A DNA stretch of 64,000 nt, taken from positions 224,001 to 288,000 of the forward strand of contig CAWDFP010000007.1 in the NCBI GenBank assembly GCA_963801605.1, given 5' to 3'. A program made the translations under genes and the position numbers. Under the pieces are notes generated by a model. It saw nothing but the letters and a program-made list of their open reading frames with translations. It made no database searches and was not told the DNA's origin. The stretch is from an uncultured candidate division Zixibacteria bacterium. Its GTDB lineage: Bacteria; Zixibacteria; MSB-5A5; UBA10806. Of this stretch, positions 20,977-33,188 are shown in pieces. How positions within the stretch are numbered: the first letter of the stretch is position 1; every line of letters begins with the position of its first letter.

Positions 20977-21034
20977 TTAGTAATCCTCCATTTATCAATA
21001 ATCTACTAAAAGTTTTATTTCATCCTGAATAGAT

Positions 21035-21803
21035 TTACTTCTGATCTTTTTTCTGCCCTATTATCACCAGCATATCTTTGCATTTGTTAGCCCATTCGCC
21101 CGCAGGCTCCTTTTCGAGATAGCGGTTTATCCAGCCTTCAGCGTCATTATACTTCCCGCTATCGAAGTAAAGCTGTCCAAGCATATAAATCGCCTCTGGC
21201 ATGGAGCCTACCTTGACAGCATCCATGAAACTTGCTTTCGGCCTCGGTGGTATCGCCGGTGATAAAAGCTATCAATCCCAATCCGTAATAGGCGCGCGGA
21301 TAAGTGGCATCGACAGCAATTGCCATATCCCAGTATTTTTTGGCATTGGAATAATCGCCGCGCATATAATAAATGGTTGCCAGATTATTGTAAGACCGAG
21401 GATAAAGATAATCGATCCGGGAAGCCTTATCATACCAATTCAGGGCTTCATCCAGATTTTTAGCGATAAAATAGATATTCCCGATCGACTGGTAAGCATC
21501 CACATCTTTGGGATTAAAAACGATGGCGCCTTCATAGTTGGAAACTGCGGCGGAATCATCACCCACCTGCTGATAGCAAACGGCAATTTCATGATAGGCC
21601 TGGGCAAAATTGGCCTGAATTTTGATAGCTTTCCTATAAAGTGGAATAGCCTTCTTGGGAAGATTTTGTTCAAAGTAGGCATGTGCCTGATTATAATATT
21701 CCAGGTAACGAGGCTGTTGCCCCGGTTTTGGCCCGCAAGAGATAAAACCTGAAAATCCGCTAACTAACACCATAGCGATTGCGAATAATATCATTCTCTT
21801 CAT
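21035..21803 (-). CDS. TPR-repeat lipoprotein; +1 frameshift near 21228
   Basis: FIS-C lipobox and tandem TPR repeats; ORFs 21159..21803 and 21035..21226 join by removing one base. Confidence 0.8.
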
Positions 21804-21881
21804 AAATTTGCTCCGTTTTGCCTCGTTTTAGCGACAAAGGAATATATGATTTGTCGATATAATAATCAATTGATTTTGAGA

Positions 21882-23948
21882 CTACCTCAGGATGGTCAGT
21901 TTATGTGTCTCGCCATATTCCCCGTTAATAATAAACCTGTAAAAATAAATTCCGGACGGTAAATTGAGTCCTTTATCGTCGTGGCTATCCCAGCGAATAT
22001 CATTGTACCCCACTGCATAAATCCGAGGCTCTATGTTTCGAACGAGGCGTCCGCAAATATCATAGATGGCGACTCCTACGTAAGAAGAAACGTCAAGATT
22101 AAGTCGGATACTGGTCCCCGTTCCAAACGGATTAGGGTAGTTGAATACCTGCGACGGATTTTGAGGCGGAACGATTTCATTTGCCACACCGACAATGGTT
22201 TGGTTATCGATAAAAACAAATTTGCCATTGACATTAATAATGATGTCTTCGCTACCGTCACCATCCAAATCTGCCAGTTCGAAATATTGCACAGTCAGGT
22301 CTTGCAGATCGGTTAGCGCGGTCGGCTCAAAAAGAAATGACGGGTTATCGGGTGACCCCACGTTCAGATAAGCGTTCAAATGCCCATTGACTAAAAGCAC
22401 CAGGTCCGGAAGCGAGTCGCGGTTGAGATCGGCGGCGTTGACAAAGTTGGAGCCTAGTTCGAGCCAATTTAGCCAATCGGGCCGTTCTGTCCAAGCGGGA
22501 ATTTGTGTCGTGCCGGTGTTACCAAAGATGGCGAGTTGATGAAGTGAATTATTGTAAACGATCAAATCCAGCCTCCCGTCATCATTGAGATCGACAAGCT
22601 CAGGATAACGAAAACGGGCGGAATCGTTGAGGGAGGCAAAACAAGAAGCTATATCGCCAAACTCTCCAGATGGATTGTTGACACGCAGGCCGAGTCTGTT
22701 GGAATGACTATAAGCAATATCGGGTAATTGGTCACCGTTAAGATCTCCTGATGTCATTCCCGTTTGAACTACCGGCATAAATATATTTTGAAGCCAAGAA
22801 GAACGACTAAAGGATGGCGAGTCATTGCCACCCGTATTTTCATAGCCCGACCAGTCTACATATATATCAAAATGTCCGCCCATAGGATCATATACTGCAT
22901 AAGTAAAGTGCAATGCAAGATCTAGATCCCCATCATTATCCTTGTTAAAAAATGTGAAATCGCGACTGCTTTCGAAATATTGGGGGCCCAATTTTACTAT
23001 TGATGACGGATCGAAATTTGGCGTTGTTGGATTGCCCTCATTGCGGCAAAAAGAAATTACAGGCGAATCGCCCCCGCAGATAAGATCATAATCGCCGTCA
23101 TTATCCAGATCGCCTATCGAAACTGAGCTATTGGACGAGGTACCGGACATAAATTCAAAATCGGGATACAGCCCAAATAATGGTACACCGTTTGTGCCTT
23201 GGTTCAGTAGAACTCCAACATAGTAAGGGCCATCGCATATTATATAAGTAATGGCTAAATCATTGTTCCCATCGGTGTTAAAATCGGCAATATCAATTCC
23301 GCCATAGCCGCAGGGTGTGATATGAAGCTGTAAAGCCGAGGTCTTGCCAATATCGAAAGACCAGTAAGGATTGTCAGGTGTGCCTGTATTAGAATAAAAT
23401 ACATATGAATATTCGCCATTGGATAGGACAATCAGATCGAGGTTTCCATCGCTGTCCCAATCGACAAATCTCTGATCGCAAACCGGCATCTCGATCCGCG
23501 CATGGTCAGTCATATAACCCGAAAGCTCTTGCCAATCGGGAGCATCGAAGCCACCCCTGTTCCTAAAAACTCGCATTGAATCAATCGGGAAGTCTGCATT
23601 CTTGAAGCTAACCACCAATTCCAGTGAGTCATCGTTGTCGATATCCCCTGATGTCGGCACAACAGAATGGGAAAATTGGAATGAGGCAAAATAAGTCGTA
23701 TCTTCTCGCCAGGCGACAACATCTGGAAAGCCGTCATTCAAATAAAGCTTGATCGTGCCATCTCCCTGGCCCACGATGAGATCTAGATCCGAATCCCCAT
23801 CAATATCATAAAGGAATGGCGAACATGTGTCAGCAACATCAATTCGGCTCGGGTTTAACAACGTATTCGACATGTCCCAATGCCAATCTTGGGCATTAGA
23901 AAGGGAAATCCAGATAAAAAAGGTCCCCGCGATTATCAGGGACCTCAA
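21882..23948 (-). CDS. Exported FG-GAP/VCBS-repeat protein with NYPNPF sorting domain
   Basis: Multiple DxDxDGDxDL repeats; signal peptide; C-terminal NYPNPF...SGIYFYR...KLTILR. Confidence 0.88.
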   Translation of the reverse strand: MRSLIIAGTFFIWISLSNAQDWHWDMSNTLLNPSRIDVADTCSPFLYDIDGDSDLDLIVGQGDGTIKLYLNDGFPDVVAWREDTTYFASFQFSHSVVPTSGDIDNDDSLELVVSFKNADFPIDSMRVFRNRGGFDAPDWQELSGYMTDHARIEMPVCDQRFVDWDSDGNLDLIVLSNGEYSYVFYSNTGTPDNPYWSFDIGKTSALQLHITPCGYGGIDIADFNTDGNNDLAITYIICDGPYYVGVLLNQGTNGVPLFGLYPDFEFMSGTSSNSSVSIGDLDNDGDYDLICGGDSPVISFCRNEGNPTTPNFDPSSIVKLGPQYFESSRDFTFFNKDNDGDLDLALHFTYAVYDPMGGHFDIYVDWSGYENTGGNDSPSFSRSSWLQNIFMPVVQTGMTSGDLNGDQLPDIAYSHSNRLGLRVNNPSGEFGDIASCFASLNDSARFRYPELVDLNDDGRLDLIVYNNSLHQLAIFGNTGTTQIPAWTERPDWLNWLELGSNFVNAADLNRDSLPDLVLLVNGHLNAYLNVGSPDNPSFLFEPTALTDLQDLTVQYFELADLDGDGSEDIIINVNGKFVFIDNQTIVGVANEIVPPQNPSQVFNYPNPFGTGTSIRLNLDVSSYVGVAIYDICGRLVRNIEPRIYAVGYNDIRWDSHDDKGLNLPSGIYFYRFIINGEYGETHKLTILR

Positions 23949-23971
23949 TATAACTTTTGACAGATTACCTC

Positions 23972-25474
23972 CTATTTCAGAAGGAGCATCTCTCTACTTA
24001 CGCCGCTGTTACCGTTAATGCTTAGCCTGTAAAAGTATACACCGGATGAAACTGGATGTCCAGCGTAATCGTTACCGTCCCAGATAACGCTGTGCGGGCC
24101 ACTCTCCAATTCGCCATCTTGAAGAATCGCCACCTTCCTGCCAGCAATATCAAAAACGGTAAGCTCGACCGCTGACGGCGAAACCAGATCGAAGTCAATC
24201 CTGGTTTTGCCATTGAATGGATTCGGATAATTTTGTCGAAGCGTAAACTCGCCGGGCATAGCATTATCGCTTATTCCGTTGGGCTCAATCACTAATGTAT
24301 CCCAGGGAGTCTCAACCATAGTTGCACCGTCGGAATAGCGGAAATAATAATAATGCGGACCCTCCCCCGGCCAGGCCAGGGCGTGACCAAAAGTAGCGGT
24401 ATCGCTGTAAGAATGATCCAGCGATCCCATATCGAAAACACCGCGGTCGAAAAATAGTTGTCTGATTACCGGTAAATTATTATCGGCATCGGAATAATCG
24501 CAGCGAACATTGATCCCGATATTGGGCAGCAGGTCAAAGGCGATATTGGATATGACCGGCGCTTGATTACCGGTTGTATTCAGATACTGCGTCTTTGGTA
24601 TAAATATGGATGGATAAGAGTAATCGTTAAATGACGGTGTACCCGTTATGGTCACTGTCGCTGTAAATCCGGCCATCATGATATACCCGGACGCGGGCGG
24701 CCAGGTTGGGAATCCCGGTAAAGTTAATAGATCGCTGATATTACAGGCCATGTGAAGATCGCCGCCCGAAACTTGTGAACTGATAGCGGCGACTCGTTGA
24801 AATGTAGTATCGGCTAAATTGATTGTATAAATTCCCGGTTGAAATAAAAGCGGAACATTGACAGTCACCAAAGCGGTCACAGTCAGGTTAAGCGTATCCG
24901 GATTTAATAGTATCACGCCATAAATAAAGTAAGTCGTGTACTGTTGATTACCCGGCCAGCCGCCGCCGGCGTTGGAAAGACGGACAAATAGCTTGCTATC
25001 GGAATAGGTTGCCGCCGCCCCTGTAAGGTCAAGCCACGGCCCGATCGTTCCTGACAATGTATCTCCAACAGCATCGGGGGCCAGGTCTGCATAAAGAATC
25101 GATGCCGGCGGAAACTGGTTGGATGTATTTTTATAAGACTGGGTTGCAACCAGAGTATCGGCCGCGATTCGCGCATAATACTGAATAGGACCGGCCGGGT
25201 TCGTGAAATGCATCGCTCCCTCAAAGGTCGTCAAATAAAATGGATCAGGCGCCGCGTGGCTCAGGATAATCGTCGAATCGGCAGTTGCTCCCGATGGTCT
25301 GGCTTTGATAATAGCATCATAATACGGCAAGCCATAAGGATCTATAAAATCCAGATTAACGATTGCCGAATCACCGGGCATGAGCGCCGATGATACTACA
25401 TTTTCGATGGGCGCAGCGTAAATGCTTCCGGTAATAATCAGCAAACTGCAGAAAACCATTAGCGATGTTTTCAT
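23972..25474 (-). CDS. Exported hypothetical protein with NYPNPFN sorting domain
   Basis: AGGAG RBS, signal peptide, no catalytic motif recognised, C-terminal QNYPNPFN...SSGVYFYRL...MLLLK. Confidence 0.8.
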   Translation of the reverse strand: MKTSLMVFCSLLIITGSIYAAPIENVVSSALMPGDSAIVNLDFIDPYGLPYYDAIIKARPSGATADSTIILSHAAPDPFYLTTFEGAMHFTNPAGPIQYYARIAADTLVATQSYKNTSNQFPPASILYADLAPDAVGDTLSGTIGPWLDLTGAAATYSDSKLFVRLSNAGGGWPGNQQYTTYFIYGVILLNPDTLNLTVTALVTVNVPLLFQPGIYTINLADTTFQRVAAISSQVSGGDLHMACNISDLLTLPGFPTWPPASGYIMMAGFTATVTITGTPSFNDYSYPSIFIPKTQYLNTTGNQAPVISNIAFDLLPNIGINVRCDYSDADNNLPVIRQLFFDRGVFDMGSLDHSYSDTATFGHALAWPGEGPHYYYFRYSDGATMVETPWDTLVIEPNGISDNAMPGEFTLRQNYPNPFNGKTRIDFDLVSPSAVELTVFDIAGRKVAILQDGELESGPHSVIWDGNDYAGHPVSSGVYFYRLSINGNSGVSREMLLLK

Positions 25475-25483
25475 ATTCAACTC

Positions 25484-25891
25484 CTAAGATTTTACTTCTT
25501 TAAGCTCTATTAAAATGCCCCCGGTGCTATCGGGATGAATAAATGCAATCAAAGAACCTTCGGCCCCTCGCCTTGGCTTCTCGTCAATAAGGTTAATATT
25601 TTTATCCTTAAGTTCCTTCAGCGCCTGTTCGATATCCTCCACTAACAGGCAGATATGATGAATGCCCGGCCCACGCTGCTTGAGATATTTGGAAATGGCA
25701 GTATTCTCGCTAAGCGGCGCGACCAGTTCGAGATTGGTATTGTCAAGGTTGATCAATGATAGGCGCACTTTGCTGACCGTATTTTGCTGAGTTAGTATTT
25801 CCTTAAGTCCGAACAGATCCTCTAAAATAGCGCCGTGCTTTTCCAGATCGTTAGTGACTATCGCCACATGATCCAGTCCCAATATTTTCAT
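25484..25891 (-). CDS. mce: Methylmalonyl-CoA epimerase
   Basis: [29 protein letters not shown]; adjacent to the mutase. Confidence 0.92.
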   Translation of the reverse strand: MKILGLDHVAIVTNDLEKHGAILEDLFGLKEILTQQNTVSKVRLSLINLDNTNLELVAPLSENTAISKYLKQRGPGIHHICLLVEDIEQALKELKDKNINLIDEKPRRGAEGSLIAFIHPDSTGGILIELKEVKS

Positions 25892-27459
25892 AAGGTCACA
25901 TTCTCCTTATATTCGCCCCAAATCGAGCGTAAAACATCGCAGATCTCGCCCAGCGTTACAAACGATTCCACGCATTCCACCACAACCGGCATGATATTTC
26001 GCCCCTCCTGGGCCGCTTCTCGAAGTAAAGATAACTTATTTGAAATATCACCGCGCTTTTCTTTAATGGAACGCAAAAATTCGATTTGTCTTTTCTCAAG
26101 CTCTGGATCGACCTTAAGAATATTCTCAGGAACTGACGATGCACTTTGATAAGCATTGACTCCAACGATCAGGCGCTTTTGGGATTCGATTTCTTTCTGA
26201 TACTCATAAGCCGAACGCTGGATCTCTTTCTGGAAATAACCTGTCTCAACCGCTCTCATCGCCCCACCCATCTTATCGATCTCATTAATATACTTTTGGA
26301 CATGCTCGATAATTTCGGCGGTTAAGGTTTCAAGATAGTAAGAGCCGGCCAGCGGATCGACCGTTTCGGTCACTCCTGATTCATGGGCGATTATTTGCTG
26401 GGTTCGTAAAGCGACCAGAACGCTTTTTTCAGTCGGAAGAGCCAATGCCTCATCCATGGAATTGGTATGCAGCGATTGTGTGCCGCCCAGTACCGCCGCC
26501 AGAGCCTGAATTGTCACGCGAGCTACATTATTCTCCGGCTGTTGGGCCGTTAGAGTTGCCCCGGCTGTTTGAGTATGAAACCGAAGCATGCAGGATCGAT
26601 CATCCTTTGCCTTGAAACGCTCGCGCATAATCTTGGCCCATAGATATCGGGCGGCGCGAAACTTGGCGATCTCCTCGAACAGATTATTATGAGCATTAAA
26701 GAAAAACGATAAGCGCGGCGCAAAATCATCGATATCGAGACCCGCGGCCAATGCCTGTTCTACATAGCAAATGCCGTCGGCAAGAGTAAATGCCACTTCC
26801 TGCACGGCGGTAGATCCGGCCTCACGAATGTGATATCCGGAAATTGAAATCGTGTTCCACTGCGGCACATTATCTTTGCAATAAACAAAAATATCGGTAA
26901 TGAGCTTGAGCGATGGCTTTGGGGGAAATATATAAGTCCCCCGCGCGATATATTCTTTAAGGATATCATTCTGAATTGTACCACGAAGTTTCTCTGGCGC
27001 TACTCCCTGCCTTTTGGCTACCGCGATATATAACGCCAGCAGTACAAAGGCCGTTGCGTTTATGGTCATCGATGTAGAAACTTTATCAAGCGGAATATCC
27101 TTTAGTAGGATTTCCATATCGGCAATAGTATCAATTGCTACCCCGGTCCTCCCCACCTCGCCGTTGGCAAGGCTATGGTCGCTATTGTATCCAATCTGAG
27201 TGGGAAGATCGAAAGCTACCGAAAGGCCGGTTTGTCCTTGAGAGAGCAGATAGCGAAATCGGGCGTTGGATTGCTCCGCGCTTCCATAGCCCGCATATTG
27301 ACGCATTGTCCAGGGACGGCCCAGATACATGTCCGCGTAGATGCCGCGAGTGAATGGAAATTCGCCAGGCGCGCTTCCAAGCTGCGGCAATCCCGCGACA
27401 TCAGTATTATCGTATACGGGCTTTATCGATATGCCAGATGATAACTTACGTTCTTTCAT
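25888..27459 (-). CDS. Methylmalonyl-CoA mutase, substrate-binding subunit (no B12-binding domain)
   Basis: PFTRG, RQYAG (Tyr specificity residue), [31 protein letters not shown]. Confidence 0.93.
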   Translation of the reverse strand: MKERKLSSGISIKPVYDNTDVAGLPQLGSAPGEFPFTRGIYADMYLGRPWTMRQYAGYGSAEQSNARFRYLLSQGQTGLSVAFDLPTQIGYNSDHSLANGEVGRTGVAIDTIADMEILLKDIPLDKVSTSMTINATAFVLLALYIAVAKRQGVAPEKLRGTIQNDILKEYIARGTYIFPPKPSLKLITDIFVYCKDNVPQWNTISISGYHIREAGSTAVQEVAFTLADGICYVEQALAAGLDIDDFAPRLSFFFNAHNNLFEEIAKFRAARYLWAKIMRERFKAKDDRSCMLRFHTQTAGATLTAQQPENNVARVTIQALAAVLGGTQSLHTNSMDEALALPTEKSVLVALRTQQIIAHESGVTETVDPLAGSYYLETLTAEIIEHVQKYINEIDKMGGAMRAVETGYFQKEIQRSAYEYQKEIESQKRLIVGVNAYQSASSVPENILKVDPELEKRQIEFLRSIKEKRGDISNKLSLLREAAQEGRNIMPVVVECVESFVTLGEICDVLRSIWGEYKENVTL

Positions 27460-27649
27460 AGCATAGAACCTTCAGACCAATATAATATAAAACCCAAAAA
27501 TTAAAATATAAATATATGGCCCGAGTATCGGTCTATTCCTGTCTGAATCATCCCCAACCGGGATACGGGATAATTTTCGATGGCAAATTGTCATAAAACG
27601 TCCCGTAAGGAAACCGTAGAGGCTAAAAATGAATTCTTAAGCCTGATGA

Positions 27650-29065
<1,416 letters not shown>

Positions 29066-29096
29066 AAATTTATTTTTTAGTGAAATTATTTTAAAC

Positions 29097-30083
29097 TTAG
29101 CGTAACGATACCTCGCCCGCGGCAAAGATGGTAACCCCATTTTTGTCGCGAACCCGCAAGGCGCCGTTTTGATCGAACCCAATCGCCGTAGCCACGATTT
29201 TCTTTTTGCCTAAAGTAATCGTAACCTTCTGTCCTAATACGGCCGAACGCGTAACGAGCTCAGGCCCCAGAAATCGCAGGCCATAGCGATGAAAATTGTG
29301 GTACGATTTTTCAAATTCGTACAGAAATTCGCGAAGCAGGTCCACCCGGTCGATCTTTTTACCGGCCACAATTGCTGCCGATGTTGCCTTCGCTCTTAGA
29401 TTTGATGGAAAATCTTCTGGCTTATGATTAACGTTTATGCCAATACCAAGAATCGCGTAGCTTACGCGGTCAAGCTCGGCTGATAACTCTACCAATATGC
29501 CTGCCGTTTTTTTACCCTTAAGCAGGCAATCATTCGGCCATTTAATTAGCGCCTTCTCCCCCGTATGACGGTCCAGCACCCGACAGACTGAAAGAGCAGC
29601 GACCAACGATAGTGCTGGCATCTTGGAAAAATCAAGTTGAGGACGGAGTACCAGCGAAAAGTAAAGTCCCAGTCCTATTGGTGAATGCCAGCTTCGGCCC
29701 GACCTGCCTCGACCTCGTGTTTGCTTTTCGGATATTATCAGCGTTCCTTCCGGAGCGCCCGATTCGGCTAATCGCTTGGCCAATTCATTTGTCGATGCTA
29801 CGCTTTTATAGCAATGAACCTGGCACCCCATTATGCGGCATTTAAGGCCCGTGTGGAGAAGCGCCGGCAGGATGATTTCGGGTATCGAATGAAGTGCGTA
29901 TCCGTGACTGGCAGTATCGATCTCCACCCCGGAATCTCTGAGATGCTTGATAGCGCTTTTAATGACGCCTTTATCAAGTCCGGTTTTTTGCTCAAGCTCC
30001 TCGTGCGATACGGTCAGACCGAGTGATTCCTTTAGCGCCGATAAAACCAGAGCGTTTATTTTATTTTCTGATGATGTCAGCAA
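29097..30083 (-). CDS. birA: Bifunctional biotin-[acetyl-CoA carboxylase] ligase/repressor
   Basis: N-terminal HTH, STN, QTRGRGRSGRSW, KWPND, KTAGIL. Confidence 0.93.
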   Translation of the reverse strand: MLTSSENKINALVLSALKESLGLTVSHEELEQKTGLDKGVIKSAIKHLRDSGVEIDTASHGYALHSIPEIILPALLHTGLKCRIMGCQVHCYKSVASTNELAKRLAESGAPEGTLIISEKQTRGRGRSGRSWHSPIGLGLYFSLVLRPQLDFSKMPALSLVAALSVCRVLDRHTGEKALIKWPNDCLLKGKKTAGILVELSAELDRVSYAILGIGINVNHKPEDFPSNLRAKATSAAIVAGKKIDRVDLLREFLYEFEKSYHNFHRYGLRFLGPELVTRSAVLGQKVTITLGKKKIVATAIGFDQNGALRVRDKNGVTIFAAGEVSLR

Positions 30084-30086
30084 GAT

Positions 30087-30935
30087 TTATTCAATTACCT
30101 TGAGAGAAAGATCCAGGACGGGAGCCGAATGCGTTATTTTGCCAACCGAAATTCTATCCACTCCAGCCGCCGCAATTCTGTGAACCGTTTCGGGAGATAC
30201 GTTGCCTGATGCCTCAAGAATAACTCCGGGATCGATCCTCTTAGCCAGGCGGACACCCTTTCTAAGCATCGGAATTGTAAAATTATCAAGCAGGATGTAA
30301 TTAGGTTTATATTCAAGCGCCAGCTTTAGCTCATCGAGATTCTTAACCTCAACTTCAATTTTGGCCCTGGTGCGTCTTTGATGAGTTTTCACCAGCCCCA
30401 AAGCTTTCTCCAATCCTCCCGCAGCCTCGATATGATTCTCTTTAATCAGATACATATCGAATAACCCCAGGCGATGGTTGGTGCCTCCGCCATCTTTCAC
30501 CGCTTGCTTTTCCAATCGCCTGAGTCCTGGCATGGTCTTTCGTGTATCGAGGAGCTTAACCGGATAATCCTTTATCGCCTCCACCATCTGCGCTGTCATG
30601 GTAGCTACGCCCGAGAGATGCCCCAGGAAATTCATGGCGGTTCTTTCACCCGTTAGAATCGCGCCCAACGGCCCTTTCAGAAGAAGAACCTCTTCTCCCG
30701 GAACAACGCGGGATGCATTTTGTTTTAGAATATTAAAGGAGATGGCAGGAGAGATTGCCTTGTAGACCCACATGAATGCCGATAAGCCGGAAATAACGCC
30801 AGTTGCTTTAGCAATAACGACAGCTTTGCCTTTTATATTTTTAAGAAGCAAAGCCTGAGTAGTGATATCGCCTTTTCCAATATCTTCAGTCAACGCCAAC
30901 TGAATAATATTCCTGCCTTCGCTGATTTTTTTCAT
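30087..30935 (-). CDS. nadC: Nicotinate-nucleotide pyrophosphorylase (carboxylating)
   Basis: ALTEDIGKGDITT, DTRKTMPG, NHRLGLFD, IEVEV, LLDNF, EASGN. Confidence 0.95.
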   Translation of the reverse strand: MKKISEGRNIIQLALTEDIGKGDITTQALLLKNIKGKAVVIAKATGVISGLSAFMWVYKAISPAISFNILKQNASRVVPGEEVLLLKGPLGAILTGERTAMNFLGHLSGVATMTAQMVEAIKDYPVKLLDTRKTMPGLRRLEKQAVKDGGGTNHRLGLFDMYLIKENHIEAAGGLEKALGLVKTHQRRTRAKIEVEVKNLDELKLALEYKPNYILLDNFTIPMLRKGVRLAKRIDPGVILEASGNVSPETVHRIAAAGVDRISVGKITHSAPVLDLSLKVIE

Positions 30936-31009
30936 GGTGAATATTAAATGGATATGCAGGATGTAAGTCAATGGAAATATCTTGACTTGGCAACTATGAG
31001 GGCCTAGAT

Positions 31010-32658
31010 TTGAAATTGTTCGAAATGATCATTCCCCATCCCGTACCCTGCGGGAAAAAGGGTCACAACGACAAGTTGTGCTGGCTTAGCAAATTGGCTG
31101 ACGGTGATATTAATGCCGCCGCTCAAGAGGATATCCTTGTCTGCAGCGAATGTGAAGCTTTCCGCGAAACCATCAATCGCGGCTTTGGCAGACGCGGCGC
31201 AGATCTGGCCATAGGAACAGCTATTGCCAAACTTCTGGGGCAAGTTTCTGAGCGCAATATCAAGCTCGATGAAGCTCGTCAGGAATTGGAACGGAAGGTC
31301 CGGGAACTGGCCTTAATGAAGATAATCACGGATGCCGTGGTCAGAACCACCGATTTATCCAAAGCGCTAAAAATTATTTTAACCGGAGTAACATCAGGCC
31401 AGGCTTTCGGTTTCAATAGAGCTGGTATTTTTTTGGTCGATCAAAGAAATGAATATTTGGAGGGCAAAGACGCAGTCGGCCCCGAAAATTGGCAGGCCGC
31501 TACGAGAATCTGGGGTGAATTACAGCCATATAGCTTTAAGCAGCTTATCAAAAATATTCTTGAGGCTCAGGATTCGTCAAAGGATTTTCTCCATCGGCTA
31601 ATCGAACATATAAAAATCCCGCTTTCGGATAGCTCCCATTTCCTGATTCAGGCGCTTTGGGCTGAAAAGCCGATCTTCTTCCGAAGAAACGAGATGGATC
31701 GCAGACATGGCCGCTAAGATATTAAGACACACCGAGTTTAATGAATTCGTTGCGGTTCCGCTTCAAGCTGAAGGTTTACCCCTGGGGCTGATGATTGCCG
31801 ATAATTTCTATACGAAAAAGCCCATTACTGAGGCCTCGATGGACGCTCTGGCAACGCTTGGCGAATACCTGCACAAATGTTCTTGAAATCACCCTGCTTC
31901 ACGAACAACTTTCCCGACGTTTGGAGGAGCTTGAACGTGTTAACCAACTGCTGAGAGAAAATCAAAGCTATTTACTGCAGGCGGAGCGATTGGCTGACGT
32001 TGGAAAACTGGCCGCCACTGTGGCGCATGAATTTAAGACTCCGCTTGTAACAATCGGGAGCCACGCTCGTAGAGCCTTAAGGGATGTCAATACAGACAAG
32101 TTCAAGAAAAAAGACCTGGAAATAATATCGTCCGAAATCGAGCGCCTGGAGAGCATTACCTCGGAGCTCCTCGAATACACCAGGCCTTCGAAATTCGACA
32201 TCGAGTCTCGCAGCATGAATCAATTGGTACGGGATTCGCTTGATTTTATGCGTCACAAGCTGACAGCGTCCGGGATAACGGCAGACATCAAATACTCGGA
32301 AATCGATCCCAAGATATTAGTGGATGAAAAAAGATTCAGACAGGTGATGTTGAATATTGTCGACAATGCTCTTGAATCCATGCAGCCGGGGATGACCCTG
32401 CGTGTTGAGACACACAAAACGGAAGATGGCGGCGCGGTGGATATAATCGATTCGGGGACCGGTATTCCCAAAGAGATCAGCGATAAGGTTTTTACGCTGT
32501 TTTTCACCACCAAATCTAAAGGAACCGGATTAGGCCTGACGATCTCGAAAAAGATCGTCGAAGCTCATGGCGGGTTTATCGAATTTGAATCCAATGAGGG
32601 ATGCGGAACCAGATTTTCGATCAATTTTCCCTCGATCGATTTAAATTTGAGTAGATAG
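31010..32658 (+). CDS. Sensor histidine kinase (Cys-rich N-terminus, GAF, HisKA, HATPase); two +1 frameshifts (~31699, ~31859)
   Basis: GFNRAGIFL GAF start; the intervening frame reads FVAVPLQAEGLPLGLMIADN; VAHEFKTPL, NIVDNA, DSGTG, GTGLGL. Confidence 0.85.
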
Positions 32659-32742
32659 CGCTACCTTAGGGGTAAAAACAACAGAGAAGTAACATCAATT
32701 CGCCAATAGGATTTGGCGAAAGAGGTAGTCAAGGGGGTAGAT

Positions 32743-33135
32743 ATGATTCCAATAATGATCGTTGAGGACGAAAAGTATCTGTTGGACATCTATACTGATG
32801 AATTCAAAGATGCTGGATTCGAGGTTCGATCGCTGTCGACCGGAAAGGAAGCCATCGATTGGATCAGGAAAGCGCGTCCCAGCGTAGTCGTACTCGATAT
32901 TAAGCTTGGCGATATCGAGGGGTTGAAAGTCCTCGAGGAAATCAAGGAGTACGATAAAACAATCCCGGTCATACTTAATTCCGCTTATTCAGTTTACAAA
33001 TCGGATTTTGCCAGTTGGATGGCTGACGACTACGTAGTTAAATCATCAAATATCAGCGAGCTGGTCGCCAAGGTTAAGCAGTACGCCAATTTCCCGAACG
33101 GAAAATCAAAAGGTAAATTTGCCTCGACTACCTAA
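32743..33135 (+). CDS. Single-domain response regulator
   Basis: IVEDE, VLDIKL, SAY, YVVKS receiver motifs; follows the kinase. Confidence 0.9.
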   Translation: MIPIMIVEDEKYLLDIYTDEFKDAGFEVRSLSTGKEAIDWIRKARPSVVVLDIKLGDIEGLKVLEEIKEYDKTIPVILNSAYSVYKSDFASWMADDYVVKSSNISELVAKVKQYANFPNGKSKGKFASTT

Positions 33136-33188
33136 CTCTTCTTCGCTACGCTTACGCCAGATGCGCATTTGATTGGGAATTTTCGCGA

